From NCBI GenBank assembly GCA_002293725.1, contig DBDU01000019.1, forward strand, positions 11,792 to 75,791: a stretch of DNA of 64,000 bases. The letters are read 5' to 3'. This DNA is from Patescibacteria group bacterium UBA924. Lineage in GTDB: Bacteria; Patescibacteriota; Microgenomatia; UBA1400; PJMF01. This document shows, piece by piece, positions 36,992-45,714 of this stretch (positions are counted from its first letter, which is position 1; each line of letters starts with the position of its first letter). The notes under the pieces were generated by a model that saw only the letters and a program-made list of their open reading frames with translations, was not told the origin of the DNA and ran no database searches. Both the position numbers and the translations under genes were made by a program.

Positions 36992-37975
36992 CTATAGTGG
37001 ACGAAGCACTCGGCTGGCCTGTTTATATATTGCCGCTCGATGCGCGTCACGAATCATTGTACCAAACAGAATGATTCGTAACAGGATACCAATCCCGAGG
37101 ATCAGCTTTAAAATGGGTTTTTGCCAGATTGGTTTATGTTTAGCCCAGATATAAATATACCCTTTAAGCTCACCGATAATGGCATTTTTCGAGGAAGAGC
37201 TGGCGCTGCCATAGTGGATAACTTTGGCTGAAGGCAAGATAGCCACATCCCAATGATGTGACTTGGCCCTCATGCAGAACTCAATATCCTCGCCATACAT
37301 AAAGATACTACTGTCAAGAAGTCCAGCTTCCAGGAAGACTGCTCTTCTGATCATCACAGCAGTTCCCCCTACCCAATCGACGAGGTATGGTTTTGAGCCT
37401 TGATGATGGTGCGCATTCCGACCAGTGTGCTGAGTGGATGGTAAGAACTTACCGATCACCGGAATATCGTCTAAGAAAAGCATGTGCGTGGTGAGTGAAA
37501 AAAGGGTGGGAAACGAGCCTCCCTGAGCCTGAAGACTGCCATCGGGATTAAGAAGTTGAGCGGCTAGGACGCCCAAGTGATCCAGTTTATCTCTCGCTTC
37601 AGCTAAAACGGCTGTCTCAAGATTACTTTGTGACATGCTAAAGGTAGCAATCATCTGAGCGAGTGCATCTTCTTGGACGACCGTGTCAGAATTAAGCAGC
37701 AGTACGTACTCACCTTTGGAACGTTCAATAGCTTTATTGTTAGCTCCCGCGAAGCCTAGATTAGCTTGGTTTTTGATTAAGTGAAGACGAGACGAGCTTT
37801 TCACTAGCTTTTCTACTGCTTCGACACTGCCATCAGTCGAGTTGTTATCAACTACCCAAATGTCTGTCTTTTGATCAAGTTCAGGAGAGCGCTGTAAAGA
37901 TTCCTCAACTGAAGCAAGGGTTTGAAGCGTCAATGCTTTGGTGTTGTAGGAAACAATAACAATGCTTAACAACAT
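36992..37975 (-). CDS. Glycosyltransferase family 2
   Basis: LSIVIVSYNTKAL...VVDNNSTDGS, 327 aa. Confidence 0.85.
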   Translation of the reverse strand: MLLSIVIVSYNTKALTLQTLASVEESLQRSPELDQKTDIWVVDNNSTDGSVEAVEKLVKSSSRLHLIKNQANLGFAGANNKAIERSKGEYVLLLNSDTVVQEDALAQMIATFSMSQSNLETAVLAEARDKLDHLGVLAAQLLNPDGSLQAQGGSFPTLFSLTTHMLFLDDIPVIGKFLPSTQHTGRNAHHHQGSKPYLVDWVGGTAVMIRRAVFLEAGLLDSSIFMYGEDIEFCMRAKSHHWDVAILPSAKVIHYGSASSSSKNAIIGELKGYIYIWAKHKPIWQKPILKLILGIGILLRIILFGTMIRDAHRAAIYKQASRVLRPL

Positions 37976-37979
37976 ACGT

Positions 37980-38579
37980 TTATTGGAACCAACGGGCGCG
38001 GCCCAGCCGATAGCTATACTCCGTCAGGCCTCGCTGTGCGATCTGTTTGGCTGGTACGCCACCCACCACCGTGTTCTCAGGGACATCTTTAGTAACCACG
38101 GCTCCGGCAGCGACCACAGCTCCTTTGCCTACGGTGACTCCTGGAAGGACTATGGCTCGTGGACCGATGAAAACATAGTCTTCAATCTGGGTCTTAGCTT
38201 CGATAGCAGTAAAGTGGGGATCACGAATATCATGTTGGGAGTTGTAGATCATGGCTCCGGTGGCAATATCCACGTGGTCACCAATTAGCAATGGTGCGCG
38301 GCCATCTAAGACCACTTGTTCACCAATAATAGAGTCTGTACCAATTTTTACGCCTCGTGGATCATAAATACGAACGCGCATGTGAAGCGTTGAACCAGTG
38401 CCAATTCGCATTCCAGCTAAACGATAAAAAAAGCGACGGAGATGATGCAGTGGTAGCTCGCCAACTCCCCACCACAAAAAGCCAGTGACAAACTCTAACC
38501 AAATTGAGGATACACGACCTTGAACTTTTTGAGCTACTTGGGTGGTATTAAGTGGTTGCCCGTGTTTATCTTTCAACAT
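37980..38579 (-). CDS. Hexapeptide-repeat (left-handed beta-helix) sugar O-acetyltransferase
   Basis: Hexapeptide repeats [15 protein letters not shown]...[13 protein letters not shown]...[28 protein letters not shown], 199 aa. Confidence 0.8.
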   Translation of the reverse strand: MLKDKHGQPLNTTQVAQKVQGRVSSIWLEFVTGFLWWGVGELPLHHLRRFFYRLAGMRIGTGSTLHMRVRIYDPRGVKIGTDSIIGEQVVLDGRAPLLIGDHVDIATGAMIYNSQHDIRDPHFTAIEAKTQIEDYVFIGPRAIVLPGVTVGKGAVVAAGAVVTKDVPENTVVGGVPAKQIAQRGLTEYSYRLGRARWFQ

Positions 38580-38624
38580 AGTAGTAAGTATAGAGCATCT
38601 TGATTCGTCTTGGGCAGCCTGGTT

Positions 38625-39656
38625 TTAACCTCGCTTGGGAACGCGTTTACCAAGATGCATATATCCTGAGTCAGAAATAATTCTTCCTTTTGGAGTGCGA
38701 TTAATAAAACCGATCTGAATAAGGTAAGGTTCTAACACTTCTTCGATAGTGCCGGGATCTTCACTTAAGGTAGCGGCGATCGTGGCGAGACCAACAGGAC
38801 CACCTGCATGTTTATCAATGATTAACTCTAAAAACCGACGGTCATTTTCGTCTAGTCCCAGTGGGTCTACCCCTAAGCGGTCGAGTGCTTCTTGAACAAC
38901 TTTGGGCGTAATAACATTCTGAGCTTTAATTTGACTAAAATCGCGAACGCGTTTGAGTAGTTTAAGAGCGATACGCGGTGTGCCTCGGGCACGTTGGCTA
39001 ATAACCAATGCGCTGTCGGGGTCGAGCTCAACGCTTAACTTTTGTGCCGCTTTTTGCAAGATAACTAAGAGCTCTTCAGGACGGTAGTACTCCATTCGGT
39101 GCGTGACGCCAAAACGATCTCGAAACGGTCCAGTCAACGAGCCAAAGCGAGTCGTCGCGCCTACTAAGGTGAACTGTGGTAAGTCTAATCGAATGGTTCT
39201 GGCCGAAGGTCCTTTACCTAAAACAATATCAAGTGCAAAGTCTTCCATGGCAGGATAGAGCGTTTCTTCAACTGCTTTAGGTAGTCGATGAATCTCATCG
39301 ATAAACAGTACGTCTCCTGGTTGAAGATTAGTCAGAATTGCTGCTAGGTCGCCTGCTTTTGCGAGGGCTGTCCCAGAGGTAATTTTGATATTTGTCCCCA
39401 TCTCTTTGGCGATTAAGTGAGATAAGGTAGTTTTCCCGAGTCCCGGTGGCCCATAGAGTAAGACGTGATCGATGACTTCTTGACGAGCTTTAGCTGCTTC
39501 AATCGCGATCCGCAGAGACTCTTTGACGGCTGACTGACCAAAAAACTCATCCCACTGACTTGCACGCAAGCTAGTTAGCAGAACTTCATCCTCACTGACT
39601 GACTCAAGAGCTTGGTGTGGATCAAATGGTGGCTGGAGTGAGTGATCATCAATCAT
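38625..39656 (-). CDS. ruvB: Holliday junction branch migration ATPase RuvB
   Basis: [13 protein letters not shown] Walker A and the AAA+ RuvB architecture, 343 aa. Confidence 0.95.
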   Translation of the reverse strand: MIDDHSLQPPFDPHQALESVSEDEVLLTSLRASQWDEFFGQSAVKESLRIAIEAAKARQEVIDHVLLYGPPGLGKTTLSHLIAKEMGTNIKITSGTALAKAGDLAAILTNLQPGDVLFIDEIHRLPKAVEETLYPAMEDFALDIVLGKGPSARTIRLDLPQFTLVGATTRFGSLTGPFRDRFGVTHRMEYYRPEELLVILQKAAQKLSVELDPDSALVISQRARGTPRIALKLLKRVRDFSQIKAQNVITPKVVQEALDRLGVDPLGLDENDRRFLELIIDKHAGGPVGLATIAATLSEDPGTIEEVLEPYLIQIGFINRTPKGRIISDSGYMHLGKRVPKRG

Positions 39657-40237
39657 AATCTAGTCAGGTGCGGAAGTGCTTCTTTTAAGATAGCAGCCGT
39701 CGTTTTGTTCTCTACTTCTAGCTGTGGTAAGACTTTATCAACGTCACGTTCGGCAAAGCCTAGTTGAAGAAGTGCTTCTTTGACCTCTTGGTGTTGTGCC
39801 GAAAGTGGCTGTAGATCTATATCTTTCAAAGCTCCTAGCTTGCCGCGGAGTTCAATAATAATTTTTTGGGCCAGCTTTTTACCGACTCGTGGAACTTGAC
39901 TAAAAAAACCAATCTCAGCCTGCTGAACTGCGTTGACGATCTCACTAGGAGTGAAGTTTAGTATCTGTAGCGCAGTCTTCGGACCTACTCCAGAGACATC
40001 TAACAACAACTCAAACACCGATTGCTCTTCTCTATTCGCAAAACCAAACAGTTCGAGCGCATCTTCTTTGACATGTGTATGAATGAAAAGCTCGACTTGG
40101 CCGTCTTCTCCTACCAATTGATAGTGTCGCTCTGGAATGTTAACGCCATACCCTACTCCCCCACAGACTACGATCAGTCCTGCGGGTTGACGGAGAGCTT
40201 GTCCTTTGAGGTAAGCAATCATACGCAGACTATACAC
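39653..40237 (-). CDS. ruvA: Holliday junction DNA helicase subunit RuvA
   Basis: MIAYLKGQ start (probably at 40222), HhH motifs ([11 protein letters not shown]), 194 aa. Confidence 0.9.
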   Translation of the reverse strand: MYSLRMIAYLKGQALRQPAGLIVVCGGVGYGVNIPERHYQLVGEDGQVELFIHTHVKEDALELFGFANREEQSVFELLLDVSGVGPKTALQILNFTPSEIVNAVQQAEIGFFSQVPRVGKKLAQKIIIELRGKLGALKDIDLQPLSAQHQEVKEALLQLGFAERDVDKVLPQLEVENKTTAAILKEALPHLTRL

Positions 40238-40745
40238 TAGTCGGCGTTCGAACGGCTGTCAACGCGACGCCAATTGCGTCAATGGTATCGTCAATCTCTT
40301 GTTCAACTTTTTGCCGTAAAGCCAAAGGGATGTTGCCCAATTGAAGCAGCACCATCTTGCGCATTGCCGTTTTATCGGCGCGACCATTCCCAGTCACACA
40401 AGATTTAATCGTTCCTGGATTAAACTCTTCAATACTCACTTGATGCTCGAGTAAACACGCAATAGTTAGCCCGCGAATCTCAGCAACCGCTAGAGCAGTA
40501 GTCACATTTTTAGAGAAGAAAAGCTGCTCCATTCCTGCTTTCGTTGGACGGTAGCGATCCAGCAGTTGCTTAAGTGTCTGTTGGATTTGAGCGTAGCGTT
40601 CAAGACGACTTTTTTTGCGATCAGTTTCGACACAACCGCAGTTCAGCAGAACTACTTGACCTTGAGTCACACTCAGCACAGCCCAACCGAAACGGTCGTA
40701 CCCAGGATCGATACCTAAAATAATACTAGGGACACTGTTTACCAT
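40230..40745 (-). CDS. ruvC: Holliday junction resolvase RuvC
   Basis: ILGIDPGYDRFGWAV RNase-H-like N-terminus, 171 aa. Upstream of ruvA in a ruvCAB arrangement. Confidence 0.9.
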   Translation of the reverse strand: MVNSVPSIILGIDPGYDRFGWAVLSVTQGQVVLLNCGCVETDRKKSRLERYAQIQQTLKQLLDRYRPTKAGMEQLFFSKNVTTALAVAEIRGLTIACLLEHQVSIEEFNPGTIKSCVTGNGRADKTAMRKMVLLQLGNIPLALRQKVEQEIDDTIDAIGVALTAVRTPTSV

Positions 40746-41880
40746 GATCTGTCGCGACTTGAATCATCTCTTGCAAGATAATCTCAGCAGAGCGCTGCCA
40801 ACTAAACTTCTTCAGTTGTAGACGACCTTTCTTGAGCAGAACTGCTCGCCCACGAGCAGTTAACTTAAAAACTTCTTGGAATGTGTTTGCTAACTCTTCT
40901 GTGTCGGTAGGCGTAACTTGGAAGCCAGCCTCTCCCATTACCTCAGGTAAGCTCGAAGAGTTGGCTGAGATGGGGAGAGTTCCATGAGCCATGGCTTCTA
41001 AAGGCGGGATGCCAAATCCTTCGTATTGACCGATCAAAACTGTACACTCGCTCTTCTTGTAAAGAAGTTCTTTTTGGGCGTCTGTGACGTAACCGAGTAA
41101 ATGAATACGATCCTTGTACGCTGAATGTTGAGCGGCTCCAAGTATATCTTTTGCCAACCAACCAATTTTGCCAGCAATTACCAACTGTGGGGTGCTCTTT
41201 TTAGAAGAGTATTTATCACAAAAAAGAGAGAAGGCATGAATCAACTGAACTAAGTTTTTTCGTGGCTGAAGTGTGCCTACATATAAAATAAATGGGTCCT
41301 TAATTCCTGCTTCTTTTTTTAACCAAATTAAAGAGGCCTTCTCTGTAGCAGCGGCAGTAGGTAGTGCTGGATATGCCACAAAAACGTCATCAGCCTTTCG
41401 CTTATATGTTTTGACAACTTCTTCTTTAGTGAACTCACTAATGGAGAGGACTTTATCAGCATGTTTGACGCTATAGCGTGTCCATTCCTTCAGCTGTAAG
41501 TAGTCTTTACGTTTGAACTGTTTAGGATACTTTAAGAAAGCGAGATCCATGACTGATGAGATATACGGGACACTACTGACACGCGGGGCATAATGGCCTG
41601 GTGTAAAGAAGACGTCGTACTTTTGGCGCTGGAGAAAGAGATGCATCGGTAAACCAATTTGGGTCCAGAGTGGTCGTGGAGTAACTACTTGATATCGCCA
41701 GCCTTCCCGCTCCGCTGGTAAGTCTGCTAAACAAGATGAAGAGAGCAAGACAGTCCAGCTGTACTCTTGTTTTTCTCGAGTCAGTTTTTCTAAAGCGATG
41801 AGAAGCTCATAAGCATAGACATTGCTGCCTACTCGTTGGGTTGTATTGGCTTCATTTCCATCAATAGCAAAGTGATACAT
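40726..41880 (-). CDS. Glycosyltransferase family 4
   Basis: EGFGIPPLEAMAHGTLPISAN, 384 aa. Confidence 0.82.
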   Translation of the reverse strand: MYHFAIDGNEANTTQRVGSNVYAYELLIALEKLTREKQEYSWTVLLSSSCLADLPAEREGWRYQVVTPRPLWTQIGLPMHLFLQRQKYDVFFTPGHYAPRVSSVPYISSVMDLAFLKYPKQFKRKDYLQLKEWTRYSVKHADKVLSISEFTKEEVVKTYKRKADDVFVAYPALPTAAATEKASLIWLKKEAGIKDPFILYVGTLQPRKNLVQLIHAFSLFCDKYSSKKSTPQLVIAGKIGWLAKDILGAAQHSAYKDRIHLLGYVTDAQKELLYKKSECTVLIGQYEGFGIPPLEAMAHGTLPISANSSSLPEVMGEAGFQVTPTDTEELANTFQEVFKLTARGRAVLLKKGRLQLKKFSWQRSAEIILQEMIQVATDHGKQCP

Positions 41881-41912
41881 GATTTAATTGTAGCGGTTTA
41901 GGGAGGGGTTGC

Positions 41913-43058
41913 CTACCTACCTTGGTGCAGAAGCAGAGCCTTGTGGTACACCTTACACGTTTCTTCTGCCACGCGGTACCAGTTAAATAGCTGCAAACGA
42001 ATAATCATTTTTTGCAAACGACGACGTTGTGCTTCTACGTTCTCACCGAGAATCGTCTTGATTCCTTTACGAATACTCTCGACCGATTCTGGATTAACCA
42101 GCTCCGCAGCATTGCCAGCTACTTCGGGCATAGCTGAAACATTCGAAGTAACGACTGGTGTGCCAAAGTGGAAAGCTTCCAAGATCGGTAGGCCAAAGCC
42201 TTCATAGAGACTAGGGTACAACAGCAGCTCCGCTTCACCATACAGAACCGCTAGCTCTTCATCACTTACTTTTCCTAGAAAACGAAGCTGAGGGCTTTTT
42301 AGCACTTGGCCTAGCTCTTCTGTGTCATCCCAGCCAGCCGCGCCTGCGACAAGGAGTTGGACTTCTTTGCGCAGTGGCCACCAAGCCTCAATTGCCCGAC
42401 GTAAGTTTTTTCGTGGTTCACGTGTCCCTACACACAGAATAAAAGGTTGAGTGAGCTGCAGTTTTTTCTTTAACGCTGTTTCTTTTTCTTCCGTCAGCTG
42501 CTGGCCGACTTGGATGTACTCTTGCGGCAGACTTTCATAAACGACGTGGACATCTTGAGCTCTAAAGTGAAGCAGTTCTACGATGTCTCGCTTCGTTGCT
42601 TGGCTGACAGCAATAATTTGAGCGTGACGTTTTTTGAGCTCTTCCCAGGATTTTTGATGGAGTTTCAGGATACGAGGATGAGCTGTTTCGGGGTACTTTA
42701 AGATAGCTAAATCATGAATTGTAGACACAATTGGTAAGTTTTTATCAGGTGGCTGTAACCAATCCCAGGAATGAAAAACTTGTACATCTGGAAAAACCTT
42801 CTTAATCGGGTTTTGATGTAAAGAGTTCCATAGCACTTCTTGGATCCGCGGTGGATATGACTGAATAACGACTTTATTGCGACTACTCTTACCTTTCAGT
42901 TCAGTCGCTAATGCTTCGAGTCGTTTCTTTTGTCGTAGACTTGAGCCATATAACCGTAATTCGACGTCACTCCGTTGACCCAGTGCTCGAACTAAGTTGC
43001 CCGTGTAACGAGAAACGCCGCGATCGTAGATGATGGAGGTGATATCAATGCCGATCTT
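41913..43058 (-). CDS. Glycosyltransferase family 4
   Basis: MKIGIDITSIIYDRGVSRYTGNLVRAL (GT4 N-terminal motif) and EGFGLPILEAFHFGTPVVTSN. The track start at 43112 overlaps the upstream gene; the Met at 43058 is more likely. Confidence 0.82.
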   Translation of the reverse strand, partial: KIGIDITSIIYDRGVSRYTGNLVRALGQRSDVELRLYGSSLRQKKRLEALATELKGKSSRNKVVIQSYPPRIQEVLWNSLHQNPIKKVFPDVQVFHSWDWLQPPDKNLPIVSTIHDLAILKYPETAHPRILKLHQKSWEELKKRHAQIIAVSQATKRDIVELLHFRAQDVHVVYESLPQEYIQVGQQLTEEKETALKKKLQLTQPFILCVGTREPRKNLRRAIEAWWPLRKEVQLLVAGAAGWDDTEELGQVLKSPQLRFLGKVSDEELAVLYGEAELLLYPSLYEGFGLPILEAFHFGTPVVTSNVSAMPEVAGNAAELVNPESVESIRKGIKTILGENVEAQRRRLQKMIIRLQLFNWYRVAEETCKVYHKALLLHQGR

Positions 43059-44634
43059 CATAGCACGAACGACAGTATTGTGAAAAACCGATGATTTGTC
43101 TAGCCTGAGCATACACCCTGATCATCCCTAAGGGTGCGTTTCCTTGAATAACATCAACTTGTTGAAAGCCATATCGTTCGAGGTCAGCTTGGATGATGCG
43201 TTCTGGATCGGAAAGGTCTTGAAGATAGTCAAAGACTAAGATGTAGTCATAGTCTGTCAGCTGTTTAATTAACTGACGCTCAGGACTGGCAGGATCATGA
43301 CTGACAATAAAAACGCCTGTGGCGGCTGTGGGAAAGTTGGTGTCATTGTACCAAGCCCAGCTGGCGAACTCTTGTGGGAAAGAGAACAAAACGATGCTAT
43401 CAGCAGGGCTGTACTTTTCGTCAATATAGGCATGAACCTCTCGCCAGTTTTCGCGCTGGTACTTCGTTTGAGTAAAGTAGGAAAAGCTGGAAAATAGGTT
43501 GATAAGTAAAAGTAGTAAACCAAGACTAATGCCGCTCCAACGGAGAGTGATGGCTTTTTTTTCAATAGCTTGAGTAATCAGATAGCTGAAAGCTAAGTAA
43601 AATGCTGGGAGGGCAAAAAGAACTCGCTTAGGCTGGAGGATCGGGATCCAAAAGGAAACCACCCAAGCTAAGGCAATGGGAATGACGCCCCAACATAACA
43701 GCAGAAAACTTTTTTGCCAGAATGACCTTTGATGACGAAGTTTCCAAGTGAGATAAAGACCTAATACCACAATACCGCCAAAAGTGATGAAGTACAGAGG
43801 ATCTGCTGAGAGATCTAAAACGCCATAGATGAACTTGCCCACGGTCAAACCGAGTGCTTTAAGTTGAGTGAAGCTGACGACTTCTTCCCAACCGGGAAAG
43901 GTAGCCCGCAGTTGCTGGCCGGCTTGTACTTGATCTAAAAACGAGGGCACCCATGGTGCGAAGCTAAGAACAGCGAGAAGATTACTGATCACAAAACCAG
44001 CCAGTACTGTTCGGTTCCTCAAGTGAGTAAAAATCACGTAGCAAAACTGCCCCACTAGTACAAAAGGATAAAGGTAAGAGCTGTAGAGCCCCAAGGCACT
44101 CCAGAACCCAAGCCAGATATATTTTTGCCAAGCAAAGGCACCTTTTTGACCAAAAGATAGAATCTGTAACCAACTGAGAAGAGCGAACACTGTTGGTAGA
44201 CTGTACGGGCGCAGCTCTTGAGAGTAAAAAATGTGAAAAGAAGAGGTAGCTAAAAGCAGCCCAGCCATCCAGCCAGTCCCAGCTGAAAAGTACTTTTGGC
44301 CAATTTTGATGGTTGCCCAAAGAGTAACTAAACCCGGGATAAGTGCCGCTCCTAACCTTAGCCAAGCTTCATGATTGGAAACGCGTAGTAAGACAAAAAC
44401 AATCAAGTGAATCAGCGGAGGCTGGAAGTCGTCACGAATTTGTAGCTGTTGTGAAAACGGACGAGCGCTTTCAAGAGCTTGAGCAGCTTCATCGAGCCAG
44501 AGTGAACCATCCAACTGTGGTAAGCGCATTACCAAACCCAACAGAAGAAGTATGGCCAATAAAGTAGCTGGCTTAATCTTTTTAAGTTGGATTATGAACT
44601 CAGTGAGTAAGGATTTCACACTTCTCATTATCAT
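43045..44634 (-). CDS. GT-C fold membrane glycosyltransferase, ArnT-like (GT83/GT39)
   Basis: 529 aa, about 12 transmembrane helices, first-loop acidic motif LWLDEAAQ, C-terminal soluble domain. Confidence 0.65.
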   Translation of the reverse strand: MIMRSVKSLLTEFIIQLKKIKPATLLAILLLLGLVMRLPQLDGSLWLDEAAQALESARPFSQQLQIRDDFQPPLIHLIVFVLLRVSNHEAWLRLGAALIPGLVTLWATIKIGQKYFSAGTGWMAGLLLATSSFHIFYSQELRPYSLPTVFALLSWLQILSFGQKGAFAWQKYIWLGFWSALGLYSSYLYPFVLVGQFCYVIFTHLRNRTVLAGFVISNLLAVLSFAPWVPSFLDQVQAGQQLRATFPGWEEVVSFTQLKALGLTVGKFIYGVLDLSADPLYFITFGGIVVLGLYLTWKLRHQRSFWQKSFLLLCWGVIPIALAWVVSFWIPILQPKRVLFALPAFYLAFSYLITQAIEKKAITLRWSGISLGLLLLLINLFSSFSYFTQTKYQRENWREVHAYIDEKYSPADSIVLFSFPQEFASWAWYNDTNFPTAATGVFIVSHDPASPERQLIKQLTDYDYILVFDYLQDLSDPERIIQADLERYGFQQVDVIQGNAPLGMIRVYAQARQIIGFSQYCRSCYEDRH

Positions 44635-44664
44635 TACTTTAGGTGATTTGAAAAGGCAACGCCA

Positions 44665-44693
44665 CTGACAATCTCAGAGGAGTTCGCTATACT
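44665..44693 (+). promoter_or_regulatory. Candidate sigma70-type promoter of the UXS-like gene, possibly giving a leaderless mRNA
   Basis: CTGACA (44665-44670), a 17-nt spacer, then TATACT (44688-44693). The ATG at 44701 lies 8 nt after the -10, so the predicted transcription start is at or within a nucleotide of the start codon. Confidence 0.35.
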
Positions 44694-44700
44694 GCGTGCT

Positions 44701-45714
44701 ATGTCTAGACCACTTCCTTCTGATGTCAGCCAGTTCTATGCTCAAAAAAAAGTTCTTGTCACAGGTGGAGCAGGCTTTATTGGCTCTCACCTCACAGAGC
44801 TGCTGCTTCAATTGGGAGCCGAAGTAACTGTAGTCGATAATTTTTTAACTGGTGCTCGCCAGAATATTGCTCACTTGACTGCAGAAGTGATTGAGGCCGA
44901 TGCCTCTCAACCTGTAGAAACGTATCTGCCAGCACAGTACACTCCTGATCTTGTTTTTCACTTTGCTTCGCCAGCAAGCCCGCCAAAGTATCAAGCTCAC
45001 CCTGTCGAAACATACTTAGTAAATAGCATGGCGACACATCAGCTTTTACAGTATCTGAAGTCTAAAGCTCCTAAGGCTCGTTTCTTGTTTGCTAGTACCT
45101 CGGAAGTGTATGGTGATCCACAAGTTCATCCCCAGCCGGAAAGTTATTGGGGAAATGTAAATCCTAATGGAGTTCGGTCTTGTTATGACGAAGCAAAACG
45201 CTTGGGCGAGACGATCTGCGGCGTGCATAGTCGTGACTTCCAGATGGATGTTCGTATCGTACGTATCTTTAATACATATGGTCCCCGTATGGATTTAGAA
45301 GATGGTCGGGTGATTCCTGATTTTATTAAACAAGCCTTGGCTGGTCAGCCATTTCAAGTGTATGGAGACGGCACACAAACGCGCTCGTACTGTTACGTAG
45401 ACGACTTAGTTGATGGGATTATTTTGTTAATGCAGAAAGACAGTGCCAAAGGACAAACAGTTAATCTTGGCAATCCTGGGGAGTTCACCGTTTTGCAGAC
45501 GGCTGAAGTGGTTAACCGAGTGTCTGCTGAAGTAAAAGGTGTTGAGCCCCCGTCTCCTCCCCCAATCGAGTTTCGACCATTACCCCAAGATGACCCGCTT
45601 CGTCGACGACCTGATATTCAAAAAGCAAAAGAAGTATTGGGTTGGGAGCCTGTTATTTCCTTCGAGGAAGGTCTCAAAAAGACCATTACTTTTTTCCAGT
45701 CGCGACAAGGTTAA
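44701..45714 (+). CDS. UDP-glucuronate decarboxylase (UDP-xylose synthase-like) / ArnA-C-domain-like short-chain dehydrogenase/reductase (SDR)
   Basis: KKVLVTGGAGFIGSHL...VVDNFLTGARQNIAHL (UXS-type DNFFTG motif), catalytic YxxxK (YDEAKR), 337 aa. Only plus-strand gene in the window. Confidence 0.8.
   Translation: MSRPLPSDVSQFYAQKKVLVTGGAGFIGSHLTELLLQLGAEVTVVDNFLTGARQNIAHLTAEVIEADASQPVETYLPAQYTPDLVFHFASPASPPKYQAHPVETYLVNSMATHQLLQYLKSKAPKARFLFASTSEVYGDPQVHPQPESYWGNVNPNGVRSCYDEAKRLGETICGVHSRDFQMDVRIVRIFNTYGPRMDLEDGRVIPDFIKQALAGQPFQVYGDGTQTRSYCYVDDLVDGIILLMQKDSAKGQTVNLGNPGEFTVLQTAEVVNRVSAEVKGVEPPSPPPIEFRPLPQDDPLRRRPDIQKAKEVLGWEPVISFEEGLKKTITFFQSRQG

Noticed and set aside
43269-44365. Minus-strand ORFs of 98 and 127 aa and plus-strand ORFs inside the ArnT-like gene 43045-44634
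   Set aside because: They are alternative frames of a polytopic membrane protein gene, and the main frame gives a coherent roughly 12-transmembrane-helix GT-C protein.
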